A stretch of 64,000 nt of DNA from the NCBI RefSeq assembly GCF_018350175.1, contig NC_058368.1:228844001-228908000 (forward strand). Reading direction: 5' to 3'. Each line of letters opens with the position of its first letter. Position 1 is the stretch's first letter. Both the position numbers and the translations under genes were made by a program. Source of the stretch: Felis catus (Eukaryota). Below the pieces are notes generated by a model, which did not search any database, was not told the origin of the DNA, and saw nothing but the letters and a program-made list of their open reading frames with translations. This document shows positions 12,107 to 23,555 of the stretch, piece after piece.

Positions 12107-12932
12107 TGAGTTTCCTCACTCATGTAACAAAGTACCACAGAGGGGGTGGCTTAGACAACAGACCTCTATTGTCTTGCGGTTCTGGTGGACAGAAGTCTGA
12201 GAGAGTTGTCATCAGGATTGGTTTCTTTTAAGGGCCGTGATGGAGAATCTGTTCCCTGTTTGTCCCTTAGCTTCTGGTAGCCTTGGGCATTCCTTGCCTT
12301 ATAGATAGTGTCTCCCTGCGTCTTCCATTGTGTCTATCTAAATGTCCCCTTTTTATAAGGACACTGGCTGTACAGGTTAGGGTTCACTCTAGTGATCTCA
12401 TCATAACATGACCATCTGCAAAGCTCTTATTTTCAAATAAGATCACATCTGGGGCTGAAGGTGAAAGACTAAGAGAAAAATTACCAGACGTACTCACAAC
12501 TGCAAAGAAAAGACCCCCCCCCCCGCCCCCCCACCATTTCCGAAACCAGCCAGGGCGTCCCGGTTGTAGTCTGACCTAAAGGCGGGAACCAATCAAGTTC
12601 TGTTGAGTGGTTTGAAATAAAGGCAGGAACTAATCAAGTTCTGCTGAGCATTCAAATTTAAATGTCAACCAATAACAGCTCTGTAACCTCAAAAAAAATC
12701 CCTAACTTGTTTGTGCCTGTCTATAAAAGAAGCTGTAAGATCCTTGCTCAGGGCCTCTTAGCATCACCGGCAAGGAGTGCGCAGAGGACCGGGTTCAAAC
12801 CTGCAATAAACGACCCTCGCCACTTGGCTTTGACTCTGGACTCTGGTGGTTTGTTTTCGGGGGGCCTCTCGAATTGGAGCATATCAAAGGACTTCAACAT
12901 CTTTTGTAGTGGGGACAATTTAACCCATAACA
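12107..12932 (-). mobile_element. MLT1B/C-like MaLR LTR, split by a younger ERV LTR
   Basis: gtaacaaagtaccac...ggtggcttagacaacag at one end; ggacttcaacatc...aacccataaca at the other. Confidence 0.8.
12462..12886 (+). mobile_element. Solo LTR of a class I (gammaretrovirus-like) endogenous retrovirus
   Basis: TGAAAGAC...TCA termini, perfect AAGG TSD (12458-12461 and 12887-12890), U3 direct repeats, CCAAT, TATAAAA at 12722, AATAAA at 12805. Confidence 0.9.
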
Positions 12933-13568
12933 TCAGTGTTCAAAACTAAACTATTTTACGTTGTGAATGAGATTTAAGTAAATCCAATTTCTGCATATGT
13001 AGTTCCCTCTCTGCATTAACTTAAGCCTCAGGGTTTATTTAGCTGCTCTGGAAGGTGATGACCTATGTCAATGGTGTTCAAAGATTTTGCTTTTTGGACA
13101 TTATTTTTATCTTATTTTGGAAGTTTCTCTCCCTTAATTGGCCATTAAATAGCTTTATTTTTCAGATTGACATTTGGATTCTCTCAGAATTGTCTTCTGT
13201 GTTAGGTCTTGCTAACATTGAAGTAATTTTTCCAGACTGACCTTTTTTTCTGGTATAATTTCTTATGTATATGTCTACAAAAATAAAATTAAATGATATG
13301 GAAAAAATAATGAGCATTCATACCTGGACCATTATTCTCATCAATAAATTTAGGATCATATTAAAATAATTTTGACTGATATCAAGGAATATTTTAAAAA
13401 TGTGTCATATTATTCAATATGAAAGAGGACAATTTTAGTTGTTCCCTTAGTGACACATAAGGTGACTGGGTACTCCAATATCACTTTAAGTCAAATCATT
13501 CAAATACAAAACCATATTTAGTGAATATATAGCCAGATCTTCTGTGTAATATGAGGAAATAAAGCAAA

Positions 13569-13600
13569 TTTTTAAAAAAAAAATTTAATGTTTATTTATT

Positions 13601-13638
<38 letters not shown>

Positions 13639-13805
13639 TGCAAGCCAGCAGGGTAGGGGCAGAAAGAGAGACACAGAATCTGAAGCAGGCTCCAGGCTCT
13701 GAGCTGTCAGCACAGAGCCCAATGTGGGGCTTGAACTCACAAACCGTGAGATCATGACCTGAGCTGAACTCAGATACTTAACCGACTAAGCCACCCAGGA
13801 GCCCC
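13569..13805 (-). mobile_element. CAN-SINE with long (GA)n
   Basis: SINE consensus; TSD aaagcaaatttt. Confidence 0.95.
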
Positions 13806-14869
13806 AAAGAAAGCAAATTTTTTAAAAACAGTTTGAAACTATTATATTTTTTCCACATGCACAACTAGCAAAATATCTCACATGATATATGGTGTATGTG
13901 CCTTGTTGATTTCTATTAATTAACACTGTTAAGTTTTCTCTTCTTATATGTATTCCACTGATTCAGATTATGAGCCATTCAATATGATTAAAATATCAAC
14001 AGTTGTCTAATTTTCTCTAATTTTGAGGTTCATAACCTTTGTTTGACCTAGTCACAGGGGAACTTTTTGTTTTTTGAATGAATGAGACCAAGGATCAATC
14101 TAGGTTCATATCATTAATTACCTCATTTTACACAAAATTAACGAATCAATTAGCAGTATGGAGGAGTAAACAGCTTTTAAAAAAATATATGTACCAACAT
14201 CTAATTTATTTGTTACAGTTTATCACTGAAGTCGGATTTCCATTTGCCAAACCTAGATTTGTATTGTTTTTAATACGCATTAAGGAGGACTGTTGATGAC
14301 AGACCATTTATTTTCTTCCAAGGACCTGACCATTTATTTGCTAATGTCAAAGGTCACTGTGGGTCAGACTGTTCTAATTAGCAGTCTGGACCTCCTGCCT
14401 ATTATAGTGGTCACTTTCATTTTGCCTCTGGCAAATCCTCTTAAAATTTGACCTCTTCCACCCTGGTATTACAATTATTTTCATTGAAATAGGGAGCCCC
14501 TTTCAAAGCCAGCACCTCTAAACCATATTTTTGGTTGAAAACAGAATAACCATCCCAAGAACTTTTCAATGTACTGGTCCTGCCCTCACCAATGTATTTC
14601 TCAATTTTTCATTGAGAAAATTTCCAGGAACCCATAAATGAAATGGTATGGATAGTGAGCAAGTAATCATGCAATAAATTATGTGCAAAATTCTCACCTT
14701 TCTAGTTGGATGTTGCTCCATTATATTATTCCACTACTTTTTTTCTACATTATGCCAGGAATTTTCCTCATTCCACCTTGATCTTATTTTTAGGTGTTAG
14801 GCAACTCACCTAAGGAATATAACCACTTGTATCAAGCTTATACAAGTAGCTAGTGGGTGGACAGATGTG

Positions 14870-15032
14870 GGTGGACAGGGAAGGCTCAGAGACAGAGACA
14901 CGGAATCCGAAGCAGGCTCCAAGCTCTGAGTTGTCAGCACAGAACCTGATGCGGGGCTTCAACCTACAAGCTGTGAGATCCTGACCTGAGCCGAAGTCAG
15001 ACGCTTAACCCACGGAGCCACCCATGTGCCCC
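14870..15032 (-). mobile_element. CAN-SINE, tail missing
   Basis: gaatccgaagcaggctcc...gagccacccatgtgcccc. Confidence 0.9.
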
Positions 15033-15035
15033 AAG

Positions 15036-15500
15036 ACAGAGGAATCTTAAATACACATTACTAAGTGAGAGAAGCCAGTCTGAAAGGCCACATAGTGTAT
15101 GATTCCAATTATATGAAGTTCTAACAAAGGCAAAACTATGGAGGCAATAAAAGGTCAGTGGTAGCCAGGGCTTATGGGATGGGGAGACATAAATAAGCAG
15201 AGCACAGAGGGTTTTAAGGGCAGTGAAACTCTTGTAATATGATACTCTAATAGGATACCTGTCATTACAAATTTATTAAAACCCATGGAGTATACAACTC
15301 TAAGAACGAATCCTAAGTAAACTATGGGCTTGGGGTAATAGTGATACTTCCATTTGGGTTCATAGATTATAACACTCTGTTGGGGGATATTGATAAAGGG
15401 GAATATTATGTATGTGTGGGACATGCATAACAGGCGATACGCTAAATCTCTGTATATTTTCTGCTTGATATTGCTGTGAACCTAAAATTGCTCTAAACAT
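15036..15500 (+). mobile_element. L1MC-like LINE-1 3' end
   Basis: ctaagtgagagaagccagtctgaaaggc...ggcaaaactatggag...ctgtgaacctaaaattgctcta. Confidence 0.8.
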
Positions 15501-16611
15501 GTCTAATTTCAAAATGATACATTAAAAAAAGGCTGAGAGTAGATAAACACACACACGGTCTCTTTCTCTGTTCTCTCTTGAAAATTTTGGAGTTTGGAGG
15601 AAAGAGAGGAGAGTTACAGTAGGTATTCTGGAAATCATGACCTTTTAATTCTTAAGTAACATGTAGGCTACAGCTCTCATTTTATTGATCATATATTAGG
15701 TATTCAATATTTCACACGGGAGATTCATAAACCTTATGTGCTTATAAATTGTGATACATATCTGTATATATTCTCTTCTTTATTATTATGGTAAAAACAA
15801 AATACTACTACATTTTGAAAGGATCGATGTCCATGCATGATATTTTTGGATATATATAATAAATCATGTATGATATTGAATCATGTGATTCCACTGGTGG
15901 TAATTTATAATTACTACCGCTGTCACTTTGATTAGCTGCTTGCATTCAAGACAGAAGTAGATGCTAAATTTTAGTTGGAAATAAATGGACATACTGCATT
16001 TTCTTTATCCATTCATCTCTTGATGAACATTGAGTTGTTTCCATATTTTGGCTATTGTGAATAATGTTGCAACGTGGGGGCATAGATCTTTTCTGAGATC
16101 CTGAATTCAATTCTTTTGGATATATACCCAGAATTGGGATTCTTGGATTATATGAATGATCTATTTTTAATTTTTTGAGGACCCTCCGTACTTTTTTCCT
16201 TAGCTGCAGCACTATTTTGCCTCCCCAACAATAGTGTACAAAGGGTCCAATCTCTGCATCCTTGCCAACAGATACCTTTTTTTTTGTGCATTTGTTAATA
16301 GCCACCCTAGCACGTGTAAGGCTATATATATCTCATTATAGTATTGATTTGCAGTGCTCTGGTAACTAATAAGGTTGAGTGTCTTTTCATATACCTAGTG
16401 CCATTCGTATGTTTTCTTTGGAGAAATACCTATTTAAGTCCTTTGCCCATTTTTACTTAGATTACTTGGGGTTTTGTTTTTGGTTTTTTGCTATTGAGTT
16501 GTTGGAGTTCCTTATATATTTCAGAAATCACACTTTCGTAGAATATATAGTTTGCAAATATTTTCTCATTTCACAGGTTGCCTTTAAAAAAATTTTAAAA
16601 GATAAGGACTC

Positions 16612-16822
16612 TTTTATTTAAAAAAATAAAGTTTTTATTTATTATTGAGAGACAGAGTGTGAGCAGGGGAGGGAAAGAGAGGGAGACACAGAATCTGAAG
16701 CAGGCTCCAGGCACCGAGCTGTCAGCGCAGAGCCTGACGCAGGGCTCGAACTCACGAACTGCAAGATCATGACCTCAGCCAAAGTCGGACACTTAGCTGA
16801 CTGAGCCACCCTGGCTCTCCCC
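16612..16822 (-). mobile_element. CAN-SINE
   Basis: SINE consensus, inserted in the tail of the next SINE. Confidence 0.93.
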
Positions 16823-16827
16823 AAAAT

Positions 16828-17039
16828 TCTTTTTAAATGTTTATTTATTTTTGAGAGAGACAGAGAGACAGAGCATGAGTGGGGGAGGGGCAGAGAGAGA
16901 GGGAGACGCAGAATCTGAAGCAGGTTCCGGGCTCCGAGCTGTCGGCACAGAGCCCAACGCGGGGCTGGAATTCAAGAAATGTGAGATAGTGACCTGACCC
17001 AAAGTCCGAGACTTAACGGACTGAGCCACCAGGTGCCCC
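16828..17039 (-). mobile_element. CAN-SINE
   Basis: SINE consensus; outer TSD cacaggttgccttt/cacaggttaccttt. Confidence 0.93.
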
Positions 17040-17289
17040 ACAGGTTACCTTTTCATTGTTGACTTTTTCCCTTGTGCAGAAACTTTTCAGTTTGATGTAG
17101 TCCCACTTATCTATTTTTGCTTTGTTGCCCGTGCTTTGGTTCATATTCATGAAATCATTGCCAAGATCAATGTAAGGAAACTTTTTCTCTCTGTTTTCCA
17201 CTAGTATCTTTATGGTTTCAGGTCTTACATTTAAGTCTCTAATCCATTTTGACTGATGTAAGATAGGTGACCAATTTCATTTTTTCATT

Positions 17290-17744
17290 TCATTATGCTA
17301 AGTGGAAAAGATAAATCTTGCATGATTCCATTTATATGAGATGTCATAGATGCAGAGAGAATAGCAGTTACCAGGGGCTGGGGTACAGGGAGAATGGAGT
17401 AGTACTGTTCAATGGATATAAAGGTTCAGTTATGCTACATGAAATAACTGCTAGAGATCTGCTAAAGAACATAGTGCCTCTGGTTAACAGTACAGTATTA
17501 TGCCCTTCAAAATTTATTAAGAGATTAAGTCTCATGTTAAATATTCTTACCCCACCCAAAAAAATAAAATAAGCAAACATAAAGGGACATAAGAAAACTG
17601 TGGATTTGATTATGGAGCTGGGATCATGGGTATTCACACATGCCCAAGCCATCAATTTATACACAGTAAATGTAGTTCTTTGTATATCAATTATATCTCA
17701 ATAAAGCTGCTAAAAATAAAATAATACTAAAGAAAACAAAAAAA
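17290..17744 (+). mobile_element. L1 (L1MA9/L1MB-like) 3' UTR with polyA signal and A-rich tail
   Basis: cattatgctaagtg...gttaccaggggctgg...tagagatctgc...caattatatctcAATAAAgctg then A-rich tail. Confidence 0.85.
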
Positions 17745-18290
17745 TGGAAATAAAATTATATTTTTTTCTCTTTATAGTCTAAGAGCCCCCTGAATTCTAT
17801 CCATGAATACTTTGGGGGAGTCCCTGGACCCCAGGCTCAGAACCCTGGCTTCATAATTAAGTTTATTATGCTTACGACATTCTGGACTTTGCACTGAACA
17901 CTTTACAAACCATGAGTGGTGACATTTACCTTATAGAGCTGTTGCTTCTATTAGTGATAATTCACTGGTTTGATTTATAACAGATAAACATGGGAACGTT
18001 TATTGGATAAAAATAATGAGACTTTCTGTTCTTATCAAATATTCTTGGCTACATGTATCCTATATTGATTAACTCCTGTTGTAAAATGTCCATATCTGCT
18101 AATGAATACTTTCCCTCTTTTAAAAACAAAGATTTATTAAGGTATTGTCCAAAATCAGATATTGAGCAAGATTTAAGGTAACAGAGGCATCCCCTTTCTG
18201 ACAGTGCCCTCTCGAACAACCAGCAGGCTAGAGGATGTATTATTATAGATTATCTGATATTCTGATTTATTTCAAAGCAATTGCACATAA

Positions 18291-18487
18291 TTTTTTAAAA
18301 GTGTTTTTTTATTTATTTTGAGAGAGAATGTGAGTGGGGACAGGGTGGAGAATGAGGGAGAGAAAGAATCCCAAGCATGCTCTGTGCAGAGCCTGACATG
18401 GGGCTTGAACTCATGAACCATGAGGTCATGACCTGAGCTGAAATCAAGAGTTGGTCACTCAACCAATGGAACCACCCCCAGGCACCC
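18291..18487 (-). mobile_element. CAN-SINE
   Basis: SINE consensus; TSD aattgcacataattttt/aatggcacacaattttt. Confidence 0.92.
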
Positions 18488-18697
18488 AGCAATGGCACAC
18501 AATTTTTATTAAAATCTCACAATTACTCTATAGAAACACAAAGGAAATTGAAGAATGACTTCATCAGATCTTGCCTATCATATTATATTAAATTCTGAAT
18601 AATGTATCTTATGATAGATGTTTATGAATTATAGGGGGGGACTTCAGAATGACAATAGTGGTCCATAATCAAACTCATTTAAGAAATTGATCATGGA

Positions 18698-18810
18698 GGG
18701 TGCCTGGGTGGCTCAGTCGGTTAAGCGTCCGACTTCAGCTCAGGTCACGATCTCGCGGTTCTTGAGTTTGAGTCCTGCGGCAGGGTTTGCCCCGAAAGTG
18801 CAGAGTTTGC
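18698..18810 (+). mobile_element. CAN-SINE, 5' half only
   Basis: gggtgcctgggtggctcagtcggttaagcgtccgacttcagctcaggtcacg; no CT tract or A tail. Confidence 0.88.
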
Positions 18811-18815
18811 AGGTC

Positions 18816-19108
18816 TTTTTTTTTTTTTCATTTTTTTTAAATATGAAATTTATTGTCAAATTGGTTTCCATACAACACCCAGTGCTCATCCCAACAGGTG
18901 CCCTCCTCAGTACCCATCACCCACCCTCCTCTCCCTCAGATTGTTCTCAGTTTTTAAGAGTCTTTTATGGTTTGGCTCTCTCCCTCTCTTTTTTTTTCCT
19001 TCCCCTCCCCCATGGTCTTCTGTTATGTTTCTCAGGATCCACGTAAGAGTGAAAACACATGGTATCTGTGTTTCTCTGGATGACTTATTTCACTTAGCAT
19101 AACACTCA
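18816..19108 (-). mobile_element. Felid L1 (L1_Fc-like), 5'-truncated 3' end
   Basis: Poly-T then atatgaaatttattgtcaaattggtttccatacaacacccagtgctcatcccaac...tgacttatttcacttagcataacac. Confidence 0.88.
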
Positions 19109-21237
19109 GTCATGGAGTAGGTCTTAAAGAGACTATTCTACCAAGTGAAGTATCAACGGCTGAAATACATTCAGTCTACAATATTACTTATGTGATTTAT
19201 ATTGATTTTTATTTTGTGTATGCTTTGTTTCTTTCCTGATGATGTACATAGTTATGGATCTCAATATTTTACAGAGAAATGTTCGTAGCATATCAATAGA
19301 AAAGTGTCTCTATCAGGTCATTGAAAGTAATAAAATCAAGCATGTGAAAAGTTAATTGATTTTTAAGGGTAAATAAACATATATTCCCTGTATTCTATGT
19401 ATGCTTTATCTGAAAAATTTAGCTTCTTTCTATTTTCGTGGATGCATAATAACTACAGTTAGTAAAATTCAATCAATCCAAATTTCAAAATATACTTTAA
19501 TTAAAATGCATATTTGACTTCAAGTGTTGAATCAAAATTTGTTGCAATTGATCTCTTATAAGGTAAAAGTTTCTAAATGTATTTTGAAGCTGAATTGAAA
19601 AGATTTTAAATAACAGCAAAATTCCTTCTTTAATTCAACAGATTAATTGTTAAATTTTCATTAGTTAACCTCAACTATGTATGACAAGCAATACAATAAT
19701 ATATAAAACCAACAAATTAAAAAACCCCACCAAATTAATAAGAAATAATAGGGGAATTGTAATGTCAGGTAGAAATCCCAGAAGTTGTTATTAATCAGTG
19801 TATTTTGTAAAAATATATATCACAGAAGTAACAGATTGCCTTCAAACACATCAAATTTTTAAACTCTGGAATGGACCAACAAAAGTATTTTTGGAGCAGG
19901 GAAATAACAATATTAAGTTATGTTGATAAAATATAAAATGTGTGATACAGATTCAGCATTATAGTCATTTCTTTTCCCTAGAATACCTGGCATGAGCTTC
20001 CCTACTCTTTTCTCTACACATGCAAATTGGTCCTTCAAGCTGGAGCCAAAATTAGACTTTGATTATGATACCTTTACTAGGTTTCACAATAAGGCCCTTT
20101 CCCCATATTTTGCAAACTTCTACTCTATACTAGTTTGCACACAAGTGTTGATTTATATATTTTTTCTTTTTTGTCCTTTTTTTTTTAAAAAAATAGAATA
20201 AACTATAAAGAGTGAACAAAATGTCAAAGTGTAAGGTTTCACTTTTTCCACTTCTGCACTGCTGTAGGCACGGCTGCTTTGAATTCTTACCAAGGCATAC
20301 ACAAGGGGACCATCCTCTAATTGTTTTCTGCTCTTTTTTATAGTTAACCGGGTAGAGTCAACACAACTTTATGTCTATATATACAGACACCTTTATTCCT
20401 TCTTTGCTTCTTCGTATTTTGGCATATGGAAATGAGATGATTCATTTAACATTTCTCTGTGACTATTTATGTTTTTCTTGTATCCATTACAATTATAAAA
20501 TAATGCAGAAATGGTCATCTCTGTATATATAAATAATCCTGTGGAAATATTTCTGTAAGATAACTAGGTAGAAGTTGCATCCCTGGATAGACGGTAATAT
20601 ATGTTGAAAGTTAGTTTTCTCCATAACTTCATTCAAACTGTCTCTCCTGTGGGAGTGTATGAGAATATTGAATTCCCCAAAGTTTTGCCAAAATCTAACA
20701 ATCTGAATAACTGAAAACTTTTCAGTATTCGTTACATTTGCATTTACCTGATTACTAGTGAAGCTGAACTACGTAATATGAACGACTTATTTCTATTCTA
20801 CGTCGAACCTTGAATTCACTGCCTATTTTGCTATTGATTGGCTTATCTGGTTTCCTTTTTTTTGTTGATTTCTTGGATGTTTCTTCATTTTTGTGACAGT
20901 AATATTACATACATTGTAAATATTTTCACTCTTGTATCAATGTTCTTTTTTTAATTTTTAAAACGATTTTTAATCTTTCTGAGGTGTTGATGTTGGTATA
21001 GTGTTCAATACACAATATTTAGTTATTTTTGTTTACTGCCATTAAATATTATATATTTACTACTCTTATGTCTGATTTTAATCAATCTGGTATTTATTTA
21101 GTATCTGTACCATTAATATTATGTTTTCCATATTTTCCTCATATATGTCATACGTTTTACTTGTCAGACTCTATTTTTACACTGGTTTAGCATCTTTTCT
21201 ATCACCAATAAAGTATTTTAAAAACATTGTAACATTA

Positions 21238-21442
21238 GGGGCACCTGGGTGGCTCAGTCAGTTGAGCATCTGACTCTTGATTTCCACTCAGGTCACGACC
21301 TCACAGTTTGTGGGTTTGCATCAGGTTCCATGCTGATAGTGCAGAATTCTGTTTGGGATTCTCTCTCACTTTCTCTCTGCCCCTCCCCTGCTCATGTGCA
21401 CTTTCTCTCTTAAAATAAATAAATAAATAAACTTTAAAAAAA
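21238..21442 (+). mobile_element. CAN-SINE
   Basis: SINE consensus; TSD about aaaacattgtaac/aaccactgtaac. Confidence 0.92.
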
Positions 21443-21483
21443 CCACTGTAACTTTAGGATGTGTTTTGACATTGGGTAGCCAT

Positions 21484-22066
21484 TGTGGGTAGAACCTGAA
21501 GATTGCCTGCTACAGGTTACACATACTTTCTCCTGGCGATTCAACTAAACACAATTGTGAAGAGATTTTTCATGGCAACTATGGTCCCAAATCATCTTAC
21601 CTTAAGATTATTTCACTGGATCTTTTCTAACCATATGGCCTCTTTAAATCTGAATCTGTTGGTCAGATAGAGAGTCAGGGATTCTAACCACAGTAAAGAT
21701 TCACCCTGCAGTTGCTGGGTTGGAAATGAGGTGAGGTTGGAAAGGCTTATGGAAGCCTCCTGGGAACTGAGAACAATTTCCTGCCGACAGCTAGCGAGGA
21801 AATCGGTACCTCAGTCCTACAATCACAAGGAACTGAATTTTGCCAATATAAGAATGAGCCTGGAAGTGAATTCTTTCTGAAAACCCCTGGTGAGCACTAG
21901 GCCTGGCTGATACGTTGATTTCAGTCTTGGGATATCCTGCGCACAGAAACAGGGTGTGTTATGCTCAAAGTCCGACCTATACAGCTGTGAGAGAATGAAG
22001 GGTTGTTTTCAAATTGTTAAGTTTGGGGAACTTTTGGTAATTTTTGGTAATCTGTTGTGCAATACT
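21484..22066 (+). mobile_element. MLT1D/E-like MaLR LTR
   Basis: gacagctagcgaggaaatcggtacctcagtcctacaatcacaaggaactgaattttgccaa core. Confidence 0.75.
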
Positions 22067-22080
22067 CAAAAATGAACATA

Positions 22081-22211
22081 GGGATGCATGGGTGGCTCAG
22101 TTGGTTAAGCATCCAACTCTTGATTGCAACTCAGGTCATGATCTCAAGGTTCATGAGTTCGAGCTCCACGTTGGTCTCTGCAGTGACAGCACAGAGCCTG
22201 CCTGGGATTCT

Positions 22212-22264
<53 letters not shown>

Positions 22265-22281
22265 ATAAATAAACTTTAAAA
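22081..22281 (+). mobile_element. CAN-SINE with pure (CT)n expansion
   Basis: SINE consensus; TSD aaaaatgaacata/aaaaacgaacata. Confidence 0.94.
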
Positions 22282-22575
22282 ACGAACATAGTATATCAGC
22301 TTCCAGTTTTGTTACTCTGTTTAGATTTCTTTCAGAAATTTATGGGCTATTTTCATTTATTTTATCTATAACTTTCTTTATGCTATGGTAAAAGTTCTAT
22401 TTAGATTATGTACTTTTCTAATGTCATTTTTAGGTTATTTACATTTCTTTAAAATCATCCTTTTTCTCGGTTGGCATATTGATTTCCATAGACTGGAGGG
22501 CGTTTTTCAAATTTTTATACACCATCCCTACTTCTGCTTTTCATATTTTGTTTTATTTTGCTTCTTCCTATGTAT

Positions 22576-22665
22576 TCTCCCATCCAAGTACTAACCAGGC
22601 CTGACCCTGCTTAGTTTCTGAGATCAGACGAAATTGGGCCCGTTCAGGGTGGTATGGCTGTAGAC
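22576..22665 (-). pseudogene. 5S rRNA retropseudogene, 3'-truncated (about nt 1-90)
   Basis: Reverse complement GTCTACAGCCATACCACCCTGAACGGGCCCAATTTCGTCTGATCTCAGAAACTAAGCAGGGTCAGGCCTGGTTAGTACTTGGATGGGAGA matches mammalian 5S rRNA from its first base; flanked by TSD tcttcctRtgtattct. Confidence 0.95.
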
Positions 22666-22859
22666 TCTTCCTGTGTATTCTAAACTTTGTTAGCTAATCA
22701 GATTTGTTTGATTGTTGTTTTGTTTGTTTGTGCAAATATTATTTATTATATTTAGTTTTTGTCTTATTTTTATTTTTTATAATTTATCAATTTCTGATTT
22801 TACCTTTATTATTTTACTCTTTTCATAGTTTGATATGTTTATTTGTACTTTTGCATGTA

Positions 22860-23052
22860 TTTTTTTTTCCAGAGAGAGAGGGAGAGAGAGAGCAAGCAGG
22901 GGAGAGAGGCAGAGGAAGAGAGAGAGAGAATCCCAAGCAGGCTCTGTGTTCAGCACAAAGACCGACTTGGGGCTTGATGCCAGGGTCCTGGGATCACCAC
23001 CCAGGCCGAAATCAAGTCAGATTTTCAGCCGACTGAGCCACCCAGGCACCCC
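22860..23052 (-). mobile_element. CAN-SINE
   Basis: SINE consensus. Confidence 0.92.
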
Positions 23053-23086
23053 ACATGCGGTTTTAAAATATTTACAAGAAAAAAGT

Positions 23087-23322
23087 GGGGGGCGCCTGGG
23101 TGGCTCATTATATAAGCGTCCGACTTCAGCTCAGGTCATGATCTCTTGGTCCCTGATTTCAAGTCCCTCATCGGGCTCTGCACTGACAGCTCAGAGCCTG
23201 GAGCCTGCTTCAGATTCTGTGTCTCCCTCTCTCTCTCTGCACCTCCCCCACTTGCACGCTGTCTCTCTTTCTCATAAATATTAAAAATAAACATTTCAAA
23301 TAAAATAAAATAAAATAAAAAA
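23087..23322 (+). mobile_element. CAN-SINE
   Basis: gggggcgcctgggtggctca head and A-rich tail. Confidence 0.94.
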
Positions 23323-23555
23323 TCTTATTTCATTCAGTTTTATTCTGTCATCAATAAGAATATTTATGGGTGTATTTGTATCACATAATTTGTTCCATTT
23401 ATGCTGATATACAGTCATTTCACAACTATTTTCAAAATATTGTGCATTTCAATTTTTATTTTATTCTTGTTTGAATATTATTTTATGAAGGAACTAGCTT
23501 TTGAATGTGTGTATGGATGTGCTTTTTAAATATTAAAAAAAATATTAGCATGCTA

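Larger units (their letters stand above)
15986..17289 (-). mobile_element. L1 ORF2 3' region (inverted 5' part of an L1 insertion), with two nested SINEs
   Basis: Minus-strand ORFs give degenerate ORF2p peptides (IPILGIYPKE, DEWIKKM, KAKIDKWDYIKLKSFCT). Confidence 0.85.

Noticed and set aside
12090..12111. ttttcttctcagAG|GTGAGT, resembling a recursive splice site
   Set aside because: It sits at the MLT1 boundary and needs either a 2-nt exon or a disfavoured GAG acceptor; probably coincidental.
22835..23284. 149-aa ORF and many similar ORFs (WVAQSVKRPTSAQVMIS...)
   Set aside because: These are recurrent translations of the CAN-SINE consensus.
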